DNA from: a bacterium
Lineage (GTDB): Bacteria; Bdellovibrionota_G; JALEGL01
Reading direction: 5' to 3'
Assembly: GCA_022763185.1 (NCBI GenBank)
Contig: JALEGL010000006.1
Coordinates: 95,793 to 159,792 of the forward strand
Length of the DNA stretch: 64,000 nt
Positions within the stretch are counted from its first letter, which is position 1; every line of letters starts with the position of its first letter. Positions 46,494-55,803 of the stretch are shown here, in pieces. The notes below the pieces were generated by a model, which saw only the letters and a list, made by a program, of their open reading frames with translations, was not told the origin of the DNA and did not search any database. A program made the position numbers and the translations under genes.

Positions 46494-47876
46494 ATGATGT
46501 CAGTAAGAGTTAGATTTGCCCCCAGTCCTTCCGGTTATTTGCATGTAGGCGGTGCCAGAACTGCCCTTTTTAATTATTTGTTTGCCAAAAGGCATAAAGG
46601 ACAGTTTATCCTCCGTGTAGAAGATACAGATAGAGAGCGTTCCAGCCAGGAATCCATTGCGGCCATTTTAGAAGGTTTAGATTGGTTGGGCATTCACGCA
46701 GATGAAGGCCCCTTTTTTCAAAGTGAGCGTGATGAAATTTATGCGCAGTATTTGCAACGCTTGATTGAAACCGGAGCAGTGTATAAGTGCTTTTTAAGCA
46801 AAGAGGAACTGGATGCTAGACGTGAAGCTTTAAAACAAGCTGGAAAAACACCAAAATATGATGGCCGAGAAGAACAATTAAAAAACCAAGATCAAGACAA
46901 ACCTTTTGTTTGGCGCTTTAAAGTGCCAGAAGGTGAAACGGTAATTGACGATCAGGTGAAGGGTAAAACCACCTATCAAAACAAAGAACTGGAAGATTTT
47001 GTGGTAGCCAGAACCGATGGAACATGCACTTACAATTTTGTCAATGTTGTCGATGATTTGGATATGAACATCACGCATGTCATCCGAGGTGATGATCACC
47101 TGAACAATACAGCCAAACAAATACTGCTTTACAAAGCATTGGGAGAAGCGTTACCTGTTTTTGCGCATGTTCCTTTGATTTTGGGTCAGGATAAAAAGCG
47201 TTTGTCTAAGCGTCATGGTGCTACGGCCGTACAAATGTACAGAGATATGGGCTACTTGCCACATGCCATGGTTAATTTTTTGGTGCGCTTGGGCTGGTCG
47301 TATGAAGATAAAGAAATTTTTTCTGCACAAGACTTAGAAGATCTATTTAGCTTGGACAATATTGGTAAATCTGCCGGTATTTTTAATGAAGAAAAACTGA
47401 TTTGGTTGAATCAGCACTACATCAAAGAAGCCGATCAAAGCGTTCTTCAAGAACAAGTGGATTATTTTATTGGTATTCCAGATGAACGCAAAAATACCGC
47501 TAAAGGTTTTGCCACGCTTAATGCTTTGAGAGATAGAGCCAAAACCACCAAAGAACTGGCAGAATTGGCCAGATTTTACTTTCACGATGACTTGGTTTTC
47601 TTTGAAGGTGTGAAAGAAAAATTCATAACCCCAGAGTCTGTTAAGATTATGGCAGTGTTTCGTGAAAAGTTAGAAAAAATAGAGACCTGTGATCATGATC
47701 ATATCAAAAGTATTTTTGATGAAACCTTAAAAGAGCTAGACATCAAGTTTAAGTTTTTAGGACAGCCCTTGAGAATAGCCCTTACCGGCTCGCCTTACAG
47801 TCCAGGAATCATGGAGATTGTTGAAATACTTGGCAAAGATCGCAGTCTGCAACGCTTAAAGGCTGTTGGCGCATAA
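46494..47876 (+). CDS. gltX: glutamate-tRNA ligase
   Basis: Class I motifs: HVGGARTALFNY (HIGH) and KLSKRH (KMSKS); RFAPSPSGYLH. Confidence 0.95.
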   Translation: MMSVRVRFAPSPSGYLHVGGARTALFNYLFAKRHKGQFILRVEDTDRERSSQESIAAILEGLDWLGIHADEGPFFQSERDEIYAQYLQRLIETGAVYKCFLSKEELDARREALKQAGKTPKYDGREEQLKNQDQDKPFVWRFKVPEGETVIDDQVKGKTTYQNKELEDFVVARTDGTCTYNFVNVVDDLDMNITHVIRGDDHLNNTAKQILLYKALGEALPVFAHVPLILGQDKKRLSKRHGATAVQMYRDMGYLPHAMVNFLVRLGWSYEDKEIFSAQDLEDLFSLDNIGKSAGIFNEEKLIWLNQHYIKEADQSVLQEQVDYFIGIPDERKNTAKGFATLNALRDRAKTTKELAELARFYFHDDLVFFEGVKEKFITPESVKIMAVFREKLEKIETCDHDHIKSIFDETLKELDIKFKFLGQPLRIALTGSPYSPGIMEIVEILGKDRSLQRLKAVGA

Positions 47877-47891
47877 GTTTTTTTTACTCAC

Positions 47892-49256
47892 TTAGTTGGT
47901 TTGGTTATTGATCTCTTGCCAGTTGTAACGACCATTGAGCTGAAAAAAGGGTCCCAAAGAAGTAATGCTGTTGTTTTCAATAAGGTTTCCAGTTGTAGGT
48001 ACAGGGTTGCTAGGAACATTGACATCTCTGATGGCTGGACCAGTGTTGATGTTGGATACAAGGGTATTATCTACAATTGAGAACCCACCTTTGTACAAAC
48101 TCCCATTTAAATCTGAGTCAAGTGGTGCCGGTCTTGGATTGACAATGATACCGTATTCATTGAAATTTTGAATGCTATTGTTTCTTAACAAACTGCCTCC
48201 AATGCCTGCCAAATGAATTCCAATACCACCCCCATCCAAAATATTGTTTTCAATAGTACAGGAAGAGCCATCTCCAACTTGGATGGCATGGTTATGACTG
48301 CTTCTGTTTGCTGTAGACCAGTTGATAACTGTGTTGTTGACTATGGTACAATTTTCAATGGCCGATCCTACTTGTATGCCATCCCAACCGGTATTTTCTA
48401 TATGATTGTCAAATATATGAATATTTTTTAGCAGGTGAGGGTATTGAATGCCATCACATTGTGAAAGGTCACAGGCGCTATTTCTGGCGCAGTACTGATC
48501 ACTCACACCGGTAAAAAAACTATTGCCTAAATAAAACCCTTCACCATCAACATTTTCAACCAAGTTGTCATGAATATATACAGTGTCCATAACATAGTTA
48601 TCGTAACGTCGGTCATTGATGTGGCAGTCTTGAGATGAGGGGTCAACCTTTGCCATAATCCCTGCAAATGAAGAAGATTGAATATGTATATTATCCACTT
48701 CATAGTGATGGGCTTTACCAATAGCAAGGGTATGCGGTGAATTTGGTGCATCTAAAGCAATGCCTAAAGTGCTGTTGCTTTGCATACCACTGATTCTAAA
48801 ATAAGAACCCGACAAAATTTTAATGGCAGCTTGCGAGTTTGTTGATCTTATTGTTACTGAGCCATTACAACTTCTAATGAATATAGGATTTTGAGCATTG
48901 CCATTTAAGTTATCAAATTTTATGGGACCTCGTGTTGAACCTTGTTGAGCATCAAAGCATAGCACATCTCCAGGATTAAAATCTTGAGCATCCATAAAAG
49001 AGGTGTTTGGGCTTATCGTTTGTGTGCAGTCACAATTATCAAGTTGATAAGGAATAGGGAAAAGGTGTTGATTGGGTGATGTATCATTATCGTTATCTCT
49101 ACCTAAATCTAAAGGTGGACTTTGCTTTAAAGCATTGATGGTTGCATTTTCTATCTTGCAAGCATTGAGAAAAAGCAAAAGGTATGATGTTAAAATAATG
49201 CTAAGTGTTTTTTGCACATATCCCCTTAAACGCTTATTTTTAGCGCAACTCTGCAA
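47892..49256 (-). CDS. right-handed parallel beta-helix repeat lipoprotein (polysaccharide lyase/hydrolase-like fold)
   Basis: Lipobox LLFLNAC. Repeated ~22-aa coils: IHIFDNHIENTGWDGIQVG, CTIVNNTVINW, CTIENNILDGGGIGIHLAG, LLRNNSIQNFNEYGIIVN. Confidence 0.65.
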   Translation of the reverse strand: MQSCAKNKRLRGYVQKTLSIILTSYLLLFLNACKIENATINALKQSPPLDLGRDNDNDTSPNQHLFPIPYQLDNCDCTQTISPNTSFMDAQDFNPGDVLCFDAQQGSTRGPIKFDNLNGNAQNPIFIRSCNGSVTIRSTNSQAAIKILSGSYFRISGMQSNSTLGIALDAPNSPHTLAIGKAHHYEVDNIHIQSSSFAGIMAKVDPSSQDCHINDRRYDNYVMDTVYIHDNLVENVDGEGFYLGNSFFTGVSDQYCARNSACDLSQCDGIQYPHLLKNIHIFDNHIENTGWDGIQVGSAIENCTIVNNTVINWSTANRSSHNHAIQVGDGSSCTIENNILDGGGIGIHLAGIGGSLLRNNSIQNFNEYGIIVNPRPAPLDSDLNGSLYKGGFSIVDNTLVSNINTGPAIRDVNVPSNPVPTTGNLIENNSITSLGPFFQLNGRYNWQEINNQTN

Positions 49257-49348
49257 AATTTGCAGATCAATGGCTTAAAATAAGCTTTTTAAGTCTAATA
49301 ATTTCAAAGACTTAAGTTGTTGTTATGTTGACGAAGATTATAAATTGC

Positions 49349-49382
49349 AAAAAAAATGCGCGCCTCAGTGTGAAGCGCGCAT
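49349..49382 (-). terminator. Rho-independent terminator downstream of the 49409-49855 gene
   Basis: On the minus strand: ATGCGCGC-N11-GCGCGCAT (8-bp GC-rich stem) followed directly by T8. Confidence 0.6.
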
Positions 49383-49408
49383 CGAAAAGAGATTGAGTTA
49401 GCTCAATT

Positions 49409-49855
49409 TTATTGGTTTTGACGAGATTTAATAATTTCTTGAGCTTCAGGCGTTAGGGCGTTCATACCGTATTTTTCAATGATGGCATCAAAGACTTTGG
49501 AAATGGTCAAGCCTTGAGCAAAAGCATTGTCCACTGCTTTTCTTCTCTCATTGGCAGCTTTGTCAGAACAAGATGGAGAGGCCAAAGGCAGTGTTGGATC
49601 ACTCGGACAATTTAAGGCGGCATAGACCATTTCAGAGGGGTTAAAATCACCAGCATGCGGATCATGCGAAACATCTGGACCATGGTTATGACCAGCGTGC
49701 GGATCTTGATCATAACTGGATTCTTGTGGGTAAGGAGGCGGTGTATTTTTGGATTGCATTTGAATAGGCCCCTGATTTTGTAAGACCATAATGAGGAGTA
49801 AAACAGCAATAATCGATAAAAGAATATTGGTAATATTTTGTTGTGTCATAGGCAC
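49409..49855 (-). CDS. membrane-anchored His-rich protein with two Cys and a helical C-terminal domain
   Basis: N-terminal TM ILLSIIAVLLLIMVL, Pro/His tract DQDPHAGHNHGPDVSHDPHAGD, then NCPSDPTLPLASPSCSDKAANERRKAVDNAFAQGLTISKVFDAIIEKYG. That last segment loosely resembles the post-CxxC region of CcmH-type proteins. Confidence 0.5.
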   Translation of the reverse strand: MPMTQQNITNILLSIIAVLLLIMVLQNQGPIQMQSKNTPPPYPQESSYDQDPHAGHNHGPDVSHDPHAGDFNPSEMVYAALNCPSDPTLPLASPSCSDKAANERRKAVDNAFAQGLTISKVFDAIIEKYGMNALTPEAQEIIKSRQNQ

Positions 49856-49890
49856 CTTATAAAACTGATTGCTATGGACGTCCAGAAAAA

Positions 49891-50727
49891 GTGACCCATG
49901 CCAGGAAATTGTTTATAAAGTTCTTTATGCGTGCTTTTGAACAAATGCTAATGAACAAGCTGTATTATTTTTTCGATGGTGTCAGTGGTATAGAGCTAGA
50001 TGATGAAGAGATTTTTTTGGTTCAAGGTAAAGCATGCATTAATTTAAAACAGCCAAAAACAGCAGCAGACTTTTTACGATTGATCGATGAAGCTCAGCAA
50101 TATTTAAAAGACGGTATCCTACGCTTTGTATTTTCTTATGATTTTCATTTACAGCAAAGGCGACTCCCAACAGTTTTGGATGTTAATCAATATTATGCTT
50201 GGTATGGATGTGGGCGCTTGAAAGATACAACTTTTCCTGAGCAAGCCAACATGCCTGCTATAGAGTTAAGAAAAATAAAATTTAAAAAAATGAATCGTTT
50301 AGGAGACTTTGAAAAGGAATTTTTGATCCAAAAGTGGCAGGAACAATACCTTGATGTTGTTTTAAAAAGCTATCCTCAAAAAGTTAAACAACAGCAGCTA
50401 GAAAAATTCAGTAAAGGTTTGGAGTTTCATCAAGATAAAACACAGTATTTGTTTTATAAAAACGATGTAATTGTGGGTCATTACTCAATGCAGATTTTTG
50501 ATTGGCCACCCTTTGGAGGTAAGGCTCTTGATCCGCATCGCTGGATAGAGCAAAGTTTACCCAAACAAGAAAGAAAAATCATTCATGCCCACATCACACG
50601 GATTTTAAAAAATAATGAGCATTATGCCATGGGAGCGGGTGTGGTGTTGAACAATGAAAAAAGTTTAAACATTTTACAGCAAAATGGTTTTATTCCATTG
50701 CATCTTTGTGTAAAAAAACTTACATAA
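49891..50727 (+). CDS. hypothetical protein with a GNAT-like C-terminal half
   Basis: The C-terminal ...VIVGHYSMQIF...AGVVLNNEKSLNILQQNGF resembles GNAT motifs A/B only weakly. The start is uncertain (GTG 49891 or ATG 49927). Confidence 0.4.
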   Translation: MTHARKLFIKFFMRAFEQMLMNKLYYFFDGVSGIELDDEEIFLVQGKACINLKQPKTAADFLRLIDEAQQYLKDGILRFVFSYDFHLQQRRLPTVLDVNQYYAWYGCGRLKDTTFPEQANMPAIELRKIKFKKMNRLGDFEKEFLIQKWQEQYLDVVLKSYPQKVKQQQLEKFSKGLEFHQDKTQYLFYKNDVIVGHYSMQIFDWPPFGGKALDPHRWIEQSLPKQERKIIHAHITRILKNNEHYAMGAGVVLNNEKSLNILQQNGFIPLHLCVKKLT

Positions 50728-50870
50728 GTTTTTTTTGTATGTGTTCGATGGCAAAAGAATTTTTCTCACTTTTTTCTTTACCCAAACAAAAATTGACTCA
50801 ATGTTGTTTGCTGTAAATCCAACATTCAATAATGAAGCAATCTTTAAAGAAGTGGTTGATCGTTTTTTAA

Positions 50871-52703
50871 ATGCATAGGGAGTGTATGAAGCAGTCATTA
50901 AAAAAAGAACTGAGGCATGATCCACAGGCGCCGCATTTGCCCAATACGCCGTGGGCCTTTGTCATGTATTTTTTAGGCTTTTACAGGTGGCCTCTGATAG
51001 GCATGTTTGTTTTTGAAATGGGTCAGGCTATGTGTCAGATTTTGGTTCCTTACGCCATACGACAATTGATTGATACAGGTACAAGTGTTAGTGGTCATTT
51101 TAGTGAAGCCCTACAAACATTGAAACCGGCTTTAACTTTATTTGTTGGCCTAAGCCTAGGGGTATTATTATTTAGTCGGGCCAGTGGCAGTATTTTGGTG
51201 ATGACGGGGCCGGCTTTACGGCGCAGAGTGAGAAGAACGGTGTTTAATTATTTGCAGTTTCACTCACAGCGTTTTTTTATCAGTAATTTTTCTGGTTCTC
51301 TGGCCAATAGAATTTCTGAAATTTCGCAAGCTGTGAATCACAGCACTTGGACCGTACTGTTTGATTTTTGGCCGGTTGTTGTGAGCTTTAGTGCATCCAT
51401 GTACTTGATGTATACCACGCATACTACGCTTGCTTTGGCCTTTGGCTTATGGACCATTATTTATATCATGGTATCGTTTTTATTGGCCAAGCGTTGTCAA
51501 AAATATGCCAAAGCTCATGCAGCAACGCGCAGTACGCTCAGTGGTAAAATTGTTGATGCTGTGACCAACTCACTCAATACAAAAATTTTTGCCAAGCTAG
51601 GTTTTGAGCGCAGTTATTTGGACAACTACCTTGATTTAGAAGTAAAGGCAGCACGCAAAACCTATTGGTTTATGGAAGCCATGCGTTGGTTTCAATTTTT
51701 ATCCACCATGCTTTTGCAAATCGGTGTCATTGTTTTGGCTTTGCGTTTTTGGGTCATGAATGAAATTTCAGTGGGCCAGTTTGCTATGATAACCAGCTTG
51801 GCTTTGGTGGTCATTAATGATGCCCGTGGCCTGAGTCGGCGCTTTTTAGAGTTTTTTGAATACATGGGCAATATTTCCGATGGTGTCAATATCATTGTTA
51901 GAAACCATGAAATCATTGATGCAAAGGATGCTCTGCCAATTAAAATAAAACAAGGGGAGATTAAATTTGATGATGTTAATTTTGCTTACACGCCCAATAA
52001 ACCGGTATTTGAGCAGTTGAGTGTAAAAATTGAGCCTGGTCAGCGCGTGGGCTTGGTGGGTTTTTCTGGCTCTGGAAAAACAACTTTTATTAATCTGCTT
52101 TTGCGCATGTATGAAGTGAACTCTGGACAGATTTTATTGGACGGACAGAACGTTGCAAAATGCACGCAAGATAGTTTACGTGAGCAAGTGAGTATGATTC
52201 CGCAAGAGCCTATGCTGTTTCACAGAACCTTGTTGGAAAACATCCGTTATGGCAAACTGGATGCAACGGATGAAGAGGTTTATGCAGCCGCCAAAGCGGC
52301 CAAAGCCCATGATTTTATTACGCAACTTCCAGAAGGCTATCAAGCTTTGGTGGGAGAACGCGGCGTTAAGCTCTCTGGTGGCCAACGTCAGCGTATTGCC
52401 ATTGCCAGAGCCATTTTAAAAAATGCGCGTATTTTGGTTTTGGACGAGGCCACGTCTAGTTTGGACTCGGTCACAGAAAAAGCCATTCAGGAATCTTTTG
52501 ATACTTTAATGCAAGGCAGAACCGTGGTGGTGGTGGCGCACCGTTTATCCACCATTGCCAATTTGGATAGAATCATTGTCTTTCATGAAGGCAAAATCAT
52601 TGAAGATGGCAGTCATGATCAATTGATTGAAAAAGATGGCCACTACGCCAAACTATGGAGCATGCAAGCCGGCGGCTTTTTACCCCAACATGAAGATGTT
52701 TGA
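50871..52703 (+). CDS. ABC exporter, fused permease/ATPase (MsbA/type I exporter family)
   Basis: Six-TM N-terminal domain plus an NBD with GFSGSGKTT, LSGGQRQRIAIARA and LVLDEATSSLD. ATG 50886 is an alternative start. Confidence 0.85.
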   Translation: MHRECMKQSLKKELRHDPQAPHLPNTPWAFVMYFLGFYRWPLIGMFVFEMGQAMCQILVPYAIRQLIDTGTSVSGHFSEALQTLKPALTLFVGLSLGVLLFSRASGSILVMTGPALRRRVRRTVFNYLQFHSQRFFISNFSGSLANRISEISQAVNHSTWTVLFDFWPVVVSFSASMYLMYTTHTTLALAFGLWTIIYIMVSFLLAKRCQKYAKAHAATRSTLSGKIVDAVTNSLNTKIFAKLGFERSYLDNYLDLEVKAARKTYWFMEAMRWFQFLSTMLLQIGVIVLALRFWVMNEISVGQFAMITSLALVVINDARGLSRRFLEFFEYMGNISDGVNIIVRNHEIIDAKDALPIKIKQGEIKFDDVNFAYTPNKPVFEQLSVKIEPGQRVGLVGFSGSGKTTFINLLLRMYEVNSGQILLDGQNVAKCTQDSLREQVSMIPQEPMLFHRTLLENIRYGKLDATDEEVYAAAKAAKAHDFITQLPEGYQALVGERGVKLSGGQRQRIAIARAILKNARILVLDEATSSLDSVTEKAIQESFDTLMQGRTVVVVAHRLSTIANLDRIIVFHEGKIIEDGSHDQLIEKDGHYAKLWSMQAGGFLPQHEDV

Positions 52704-52966
52704 GACTGGTCTCTCGCATCGTCTGAAGACGATGCTCCCAGTATTCCGTCACAAAAAGCAGTGCTTTTTGTTCCTCCTAACCAGGCTGAGTGTCTAACTA
52801 TTGGTTAATTACGCGAAACTATTTTATATGGTTGAGCGCGCAGGGGGTGAGCAAGCAAAAACGACGTTTTTTGCTTGCGAGGGGGAAGCGTTTTTAGTTA
52901 TTGTTACAACTTGTTGTTACAGTAACTTATGCAAGGCCCCCTCTTAAATAAAGAGCGAAGCGGGAA

Positions 52967-53053
52967 TGGTGCCTGAGACTGGACTCGAACCAGCACGAGA
53001 TTGCTCTCACTAGCCCCTCAAGCTAGCGTGTCTACCAATTCCACCACCCAGGC
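52967..53053 (-). tRNA. tRNA-Leu (anticodon GAG), CCA encoded
   Basis: Reverse complement is GCCTGGGTGGTGGAATTGGTAGACACGCTAGCTTGAGGGGCTAGTGAGAGCAATCTCGTGCTGGTTCGAGTCCAGTCTCAGGCACCA. It folds as a 7-bp acceptor stem (one G-U), D arm GTG/CAC, anticodon stem CTAGC/GCTAG with loop TTGAGGG, a long variable arm (class II), and T arm with TTCGAGT. Confidence 0.9.
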
Positions 53054-53071
53054 ACTTAGAATTGAGTCATT

Positions 53072-53100
53072 CTTATAGACCATATGACATAAATAGCCAA
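53072..53100 (-). promoter_or_regulatory. candidate sigma70 promoter for tRNA-Leu
   Basis: On the minus strand: TTGGCT (53100-53095), a 17-bp spacer, then TATAAG (53077-53072), 18 nt upstream of the tRNA 5' end. Confidence 0.35.
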
Positions 53101-53180
53101 TGAAAATATGAAAAGCGGGGTATAGACCAGGATTAATAATTATTAAAAACAGGGCTTTACAATATACTTTTCGACATGCT

Positions 53181-53801
53181 ATGTCATCAAACATGATGAA
53201 AAAACACATGTTTATTTTGAGTATGGGCTTTTTGGCTATTTTGGTTGGATTAGCCAATACTGGATTTGCCAATGAAGCCAAGAAAACGGCAGTTAAAGCA
53301 GAAGATCATTATTTTAAAAGTTTATTGGGGGAGTGGACTTGTAAATCCGATGAGGAAGTCAATAAGCTTGGTAAGATCCAAAATGAAAAAAACTACGTGG
53401 ATCATATGATCATTGATTATGATTTAGAAAAATCATGGGTATCCATGCGTTACAACAATCAGGATATCTATCAAAACCAGTGTTATTATGACTATGTAGC
53501 CAATGAAGAAACTTATAGACAAATTTGTTTAAGTTCTAAGCATGCCTGGTCCATGGCTATGGGTAAAGAAATGGGTCAAGAAGAGTTGACCTTTAAAGGT
53601 AAAGTCTATCACCAAGACAGACCCTTAACGGTATACAAAACCTTTTTAAAAACCAACAAAGGTTTACAAGTGTATTCCAAAATTAAAGATCCTAAAAAGC
53701 TCCTTAGCAAAACATGGTCGGCTCAGTGTAAAAAAGATCCAAAGAAAATTCCTCAGCCTCCTAAGCCAAGGGACGGAAGAGTTTGCTGTCTTAAACCCTA
53801 G
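53181..53801 (+). CDS. hypothetical secreted protein
   Basis: Signal peptide MKKHMFILSMGFLAILVGLANTGFA|NE, a Lys/Pro-rich C-terminus ending CCLKP, no recognised family. Confidence 0.5.
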   Translation: MSSNMMKKHMFILSMGFLAILVGLANTGFANEAKKTAVKAEDHYFKSLLGEWTCKSDEEVNKLGKIQNEKNYVDHMIIDYDLEKSWVSMRYNNQDIYQNQCYYDYVANEETYRQICLSSKHAWSMAMGKEMGQEELTFKGKVYHQDRPLTVYKTFLKTNKGLQVYSKIKDPKKLLSKTWSAQCKKDPKKIPQPPKPRDGRVCCLKP

Positions 53802-53881
53802 TTTAATGACCTATGGGCTATTTAAGATATTTATAAAATAAGCTGTAGTTATTTAACAATACGACTTTCAGTGAGCTATAA

Positions 53882-54727
53882 ATGAAACACAATCTTATAA
53901 AGTTAATATTTATTACTTTGTTTTTTCTAGGTTTGGGTATTGAAAAAATAATTATTGCTCAGGAGTTACCTTGTTACAGTACAGTTCTTTTACAACAAGG
54001 TTTTTCAAAAAAAGTTTGGCAAGAAAAAATTAGCGGACAACGTTTAAAAACACTAAGAGCATTATCTAAGCAGTATGAACAGTTAGATAAAGACATCTTT
54101 GGGCTGCTCACCAAGCAAGATCATTATGGTCAGAACAAGCATTTGTTTGGAAGCTACCATGCAAATTTTGATTACAGTGGTGGTTTTGAGGGAAGAGAAG
54201 CGCCAGAAGAAGACTGGTTCCCAGTCATTGATTTTAAAAACTATGATTATAAGCCTTCACAGCATTGGCTGCTTTCTCCTTCAAGATCTCAGTTTGAAAT
54301 GAAAAACAAAATAGACAATTTTGATATCACCCGTACTGAAAAATTTTCATATTTAAACTCTTATCTCTTTTTACCTCTAGCATTAAGGATTGGCATAGAA
54401 AGACAGATGGTCATCAATACAGACATAAATCAACAAAAGGTTTTGGTCTTTGTGTTAGAAGAAGACGATGTGTTCAAGGAAGCTTTTCTACAAAGCAAAG
54501 ACTTTTTTGCCCATATGTTGGCAACAAATCATATTCAGGTTGTTATGTTACTTGTACATCGTAAGATAGATAAAGATGAGCTTGTTGATACGCTGGATGG
54601 AGTTGTAGACCGTCACAATTTATTTTTTGTTGATTTTTCTGCACAGAGTCCAACTGAAATATTTTATGAAAAAAAAATAGAGTTACTGCAACGTATAGAC
54701 ACCATCATTCAATGCAATCGAGCATGA
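53882..54727 (+). CDS. hypothetical exported protein
   Basis: N-terminal hydrophobic segment LIKLIFITLFFLGLGI; 281 aa; no recognised family. Confidence 0.45.
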   Translation: MKHNLIKLIFITLFFLGLGIEKIIIAQELPCYSTVLLQQGFSKKVWQEKISGQRLKTLRALSKQYEQLDKDIFGLLTKQDHYGQNKHLFGSYHANFDYSGGFEGREAPEEDWFPVIDFKNYDYKPSQHWLLSPSRSQFEMKNKIDNFDITRTEKFSYLNSYLFLPLALRIGIERQMVINTDINQQKVLVFVLEEDDVFKEAFLQSKDFFAHMLATNHIQVVMLLVHRKIDKDELVDTLDGVVDRHNLFFVDFSAQSPTEIFYEKKIELLQRIDTIIQCNRA

Positions 54728-55768
54728 TTAAATTATAATACCAAAATTTTTAAAAGCCTTTTTTTGAAAGGTTGAAATCCCCAGAGTAGCTAAATTGTTT
54801 TTTTTAATCCACTGATAATCTTGTGAGGCTAATGTTTTGAGGTTTAGATTTTTTTTTAAATTTAAATGTAAAACTTGAGCAATAATTTTTTGATGGGTCA
54901 ATTGATGATTGATATTGGCAACGGATGTTAAGTTTGAGCTTTGTTTCTCTGTAATGCTCTCTAACCAGTGCAGGATGGTATGGTGTGATAGTTTTTTTTC
55001 ACTCTCCAGGCTGGGGTTTTGCCATAAATTCTCCCAGCGGCCAGGTTGGGTACGTTTCTGCATTAAAAAATGTCCTTCGTACTCTACCAATACAATTGCC
55101 GCATAAATATTTTTTTGTTTGATCTTTTTGGCCTTTATAGGAAATTGATCCACTTGCCCCTTCTTTAAAGCAGTGCACTGTTTCTGCACTGGGCATAATA
55201 AGCATTGAGGGTTTTTTGGAGTGCAAACAGTGGCTCCTAATTCCATGATGGCTTGATTGTAATCACCCGGATTTTTTTCATCCAATAGCGATTGAGATTT
55301 TTCACAGGGTTTGGAATCATCGGCAAACAGTCTGGCCATCACCCGTTTTACATTGCCATCAACACAAGCTATAGCTTGATCAAACGCAATAGAAGCAACT
55401 GAGGCACTGGTATATTCTCCAAAGCCTTTGAGTTGAATGAGCTCTTGTGCAGTTTGTGGTAGTTTGCCGTCATAATTAGATACAATTTGGTTTGCGGCTT
55501 GATGCAAATGTTTGGCTCTTCGGTAATAGCCCAAGCCTTGCCAGTATTGCATAAGATTATCTTCTGAAGCTTGTGCTAAGTCTTCTATTGTTGGAAAGGC
55601 TTGAATGAATTTTTTATAATAAGGAATAACAGTTTTGACCTGAGTTTGTTGAAGCATGACTTCGGATAACCATATGTAATAAGGGTTTTTTGTACGACGC
55701 CAAGGTAGGTCACGAGCATATTTTTTATACCAAGACATCAGCTGCTTTTGAAATTGGCTTATGTTCAT
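54728..55768 (-). CDS. mutY: A/G-specific adenine DNA glycosylase
   Basis: DLPWR...PYYIWLSEVMLQQTQV, a HhH-GPD region, a 4Fe-4S loop CTPKNPQCLLCPVQKQC, and a C-terminal NUDIX-like domain. Confidence 0.9.
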   Translation of the reverse strand: MNISQFQKQLMSWYKKYARDLPWRRTKNPYYIWLSEVMLQQTQVKTVIPYYKKFIQAFPTIEDLAQASEDNLMQYWQGLGYYRRAKHLHQAANQIVSNYDGKLPQTAQELIQLKGFGEYTSASVASIAFDQAIACVDGNVKRVMARLFADDSKPCEKSQSLLDEKNPGDYNQAIMELGATVCTPKNPQCLLCPVQKQCTALKKGQVDQFPIKAKKIKQKNIYAAIVLVEYEGHFLMQKRTQPGRWENLWQNPSLESEKKLSHHTILHWLESITEKQSSNLTSVANINHQLTHQKIIAQVLHLNLKKNLNLKTLASQDYQWIKKNNLATLGISTFQKKAFKNFGIII

Positions 55769-55803
55769 TGGATTTAAACGATGTTCAAAGACAGTTAATA
55801 ATT

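Noticed and set aside
53018-53281. An 87-aa minus-strand ORF.
   Set aside because: It runs through the tRNA-Leu gene and its promoter region and overlaps the start of the 53181 gene on the other strand. It has no RBS and no motif, so I treat it as spurious.
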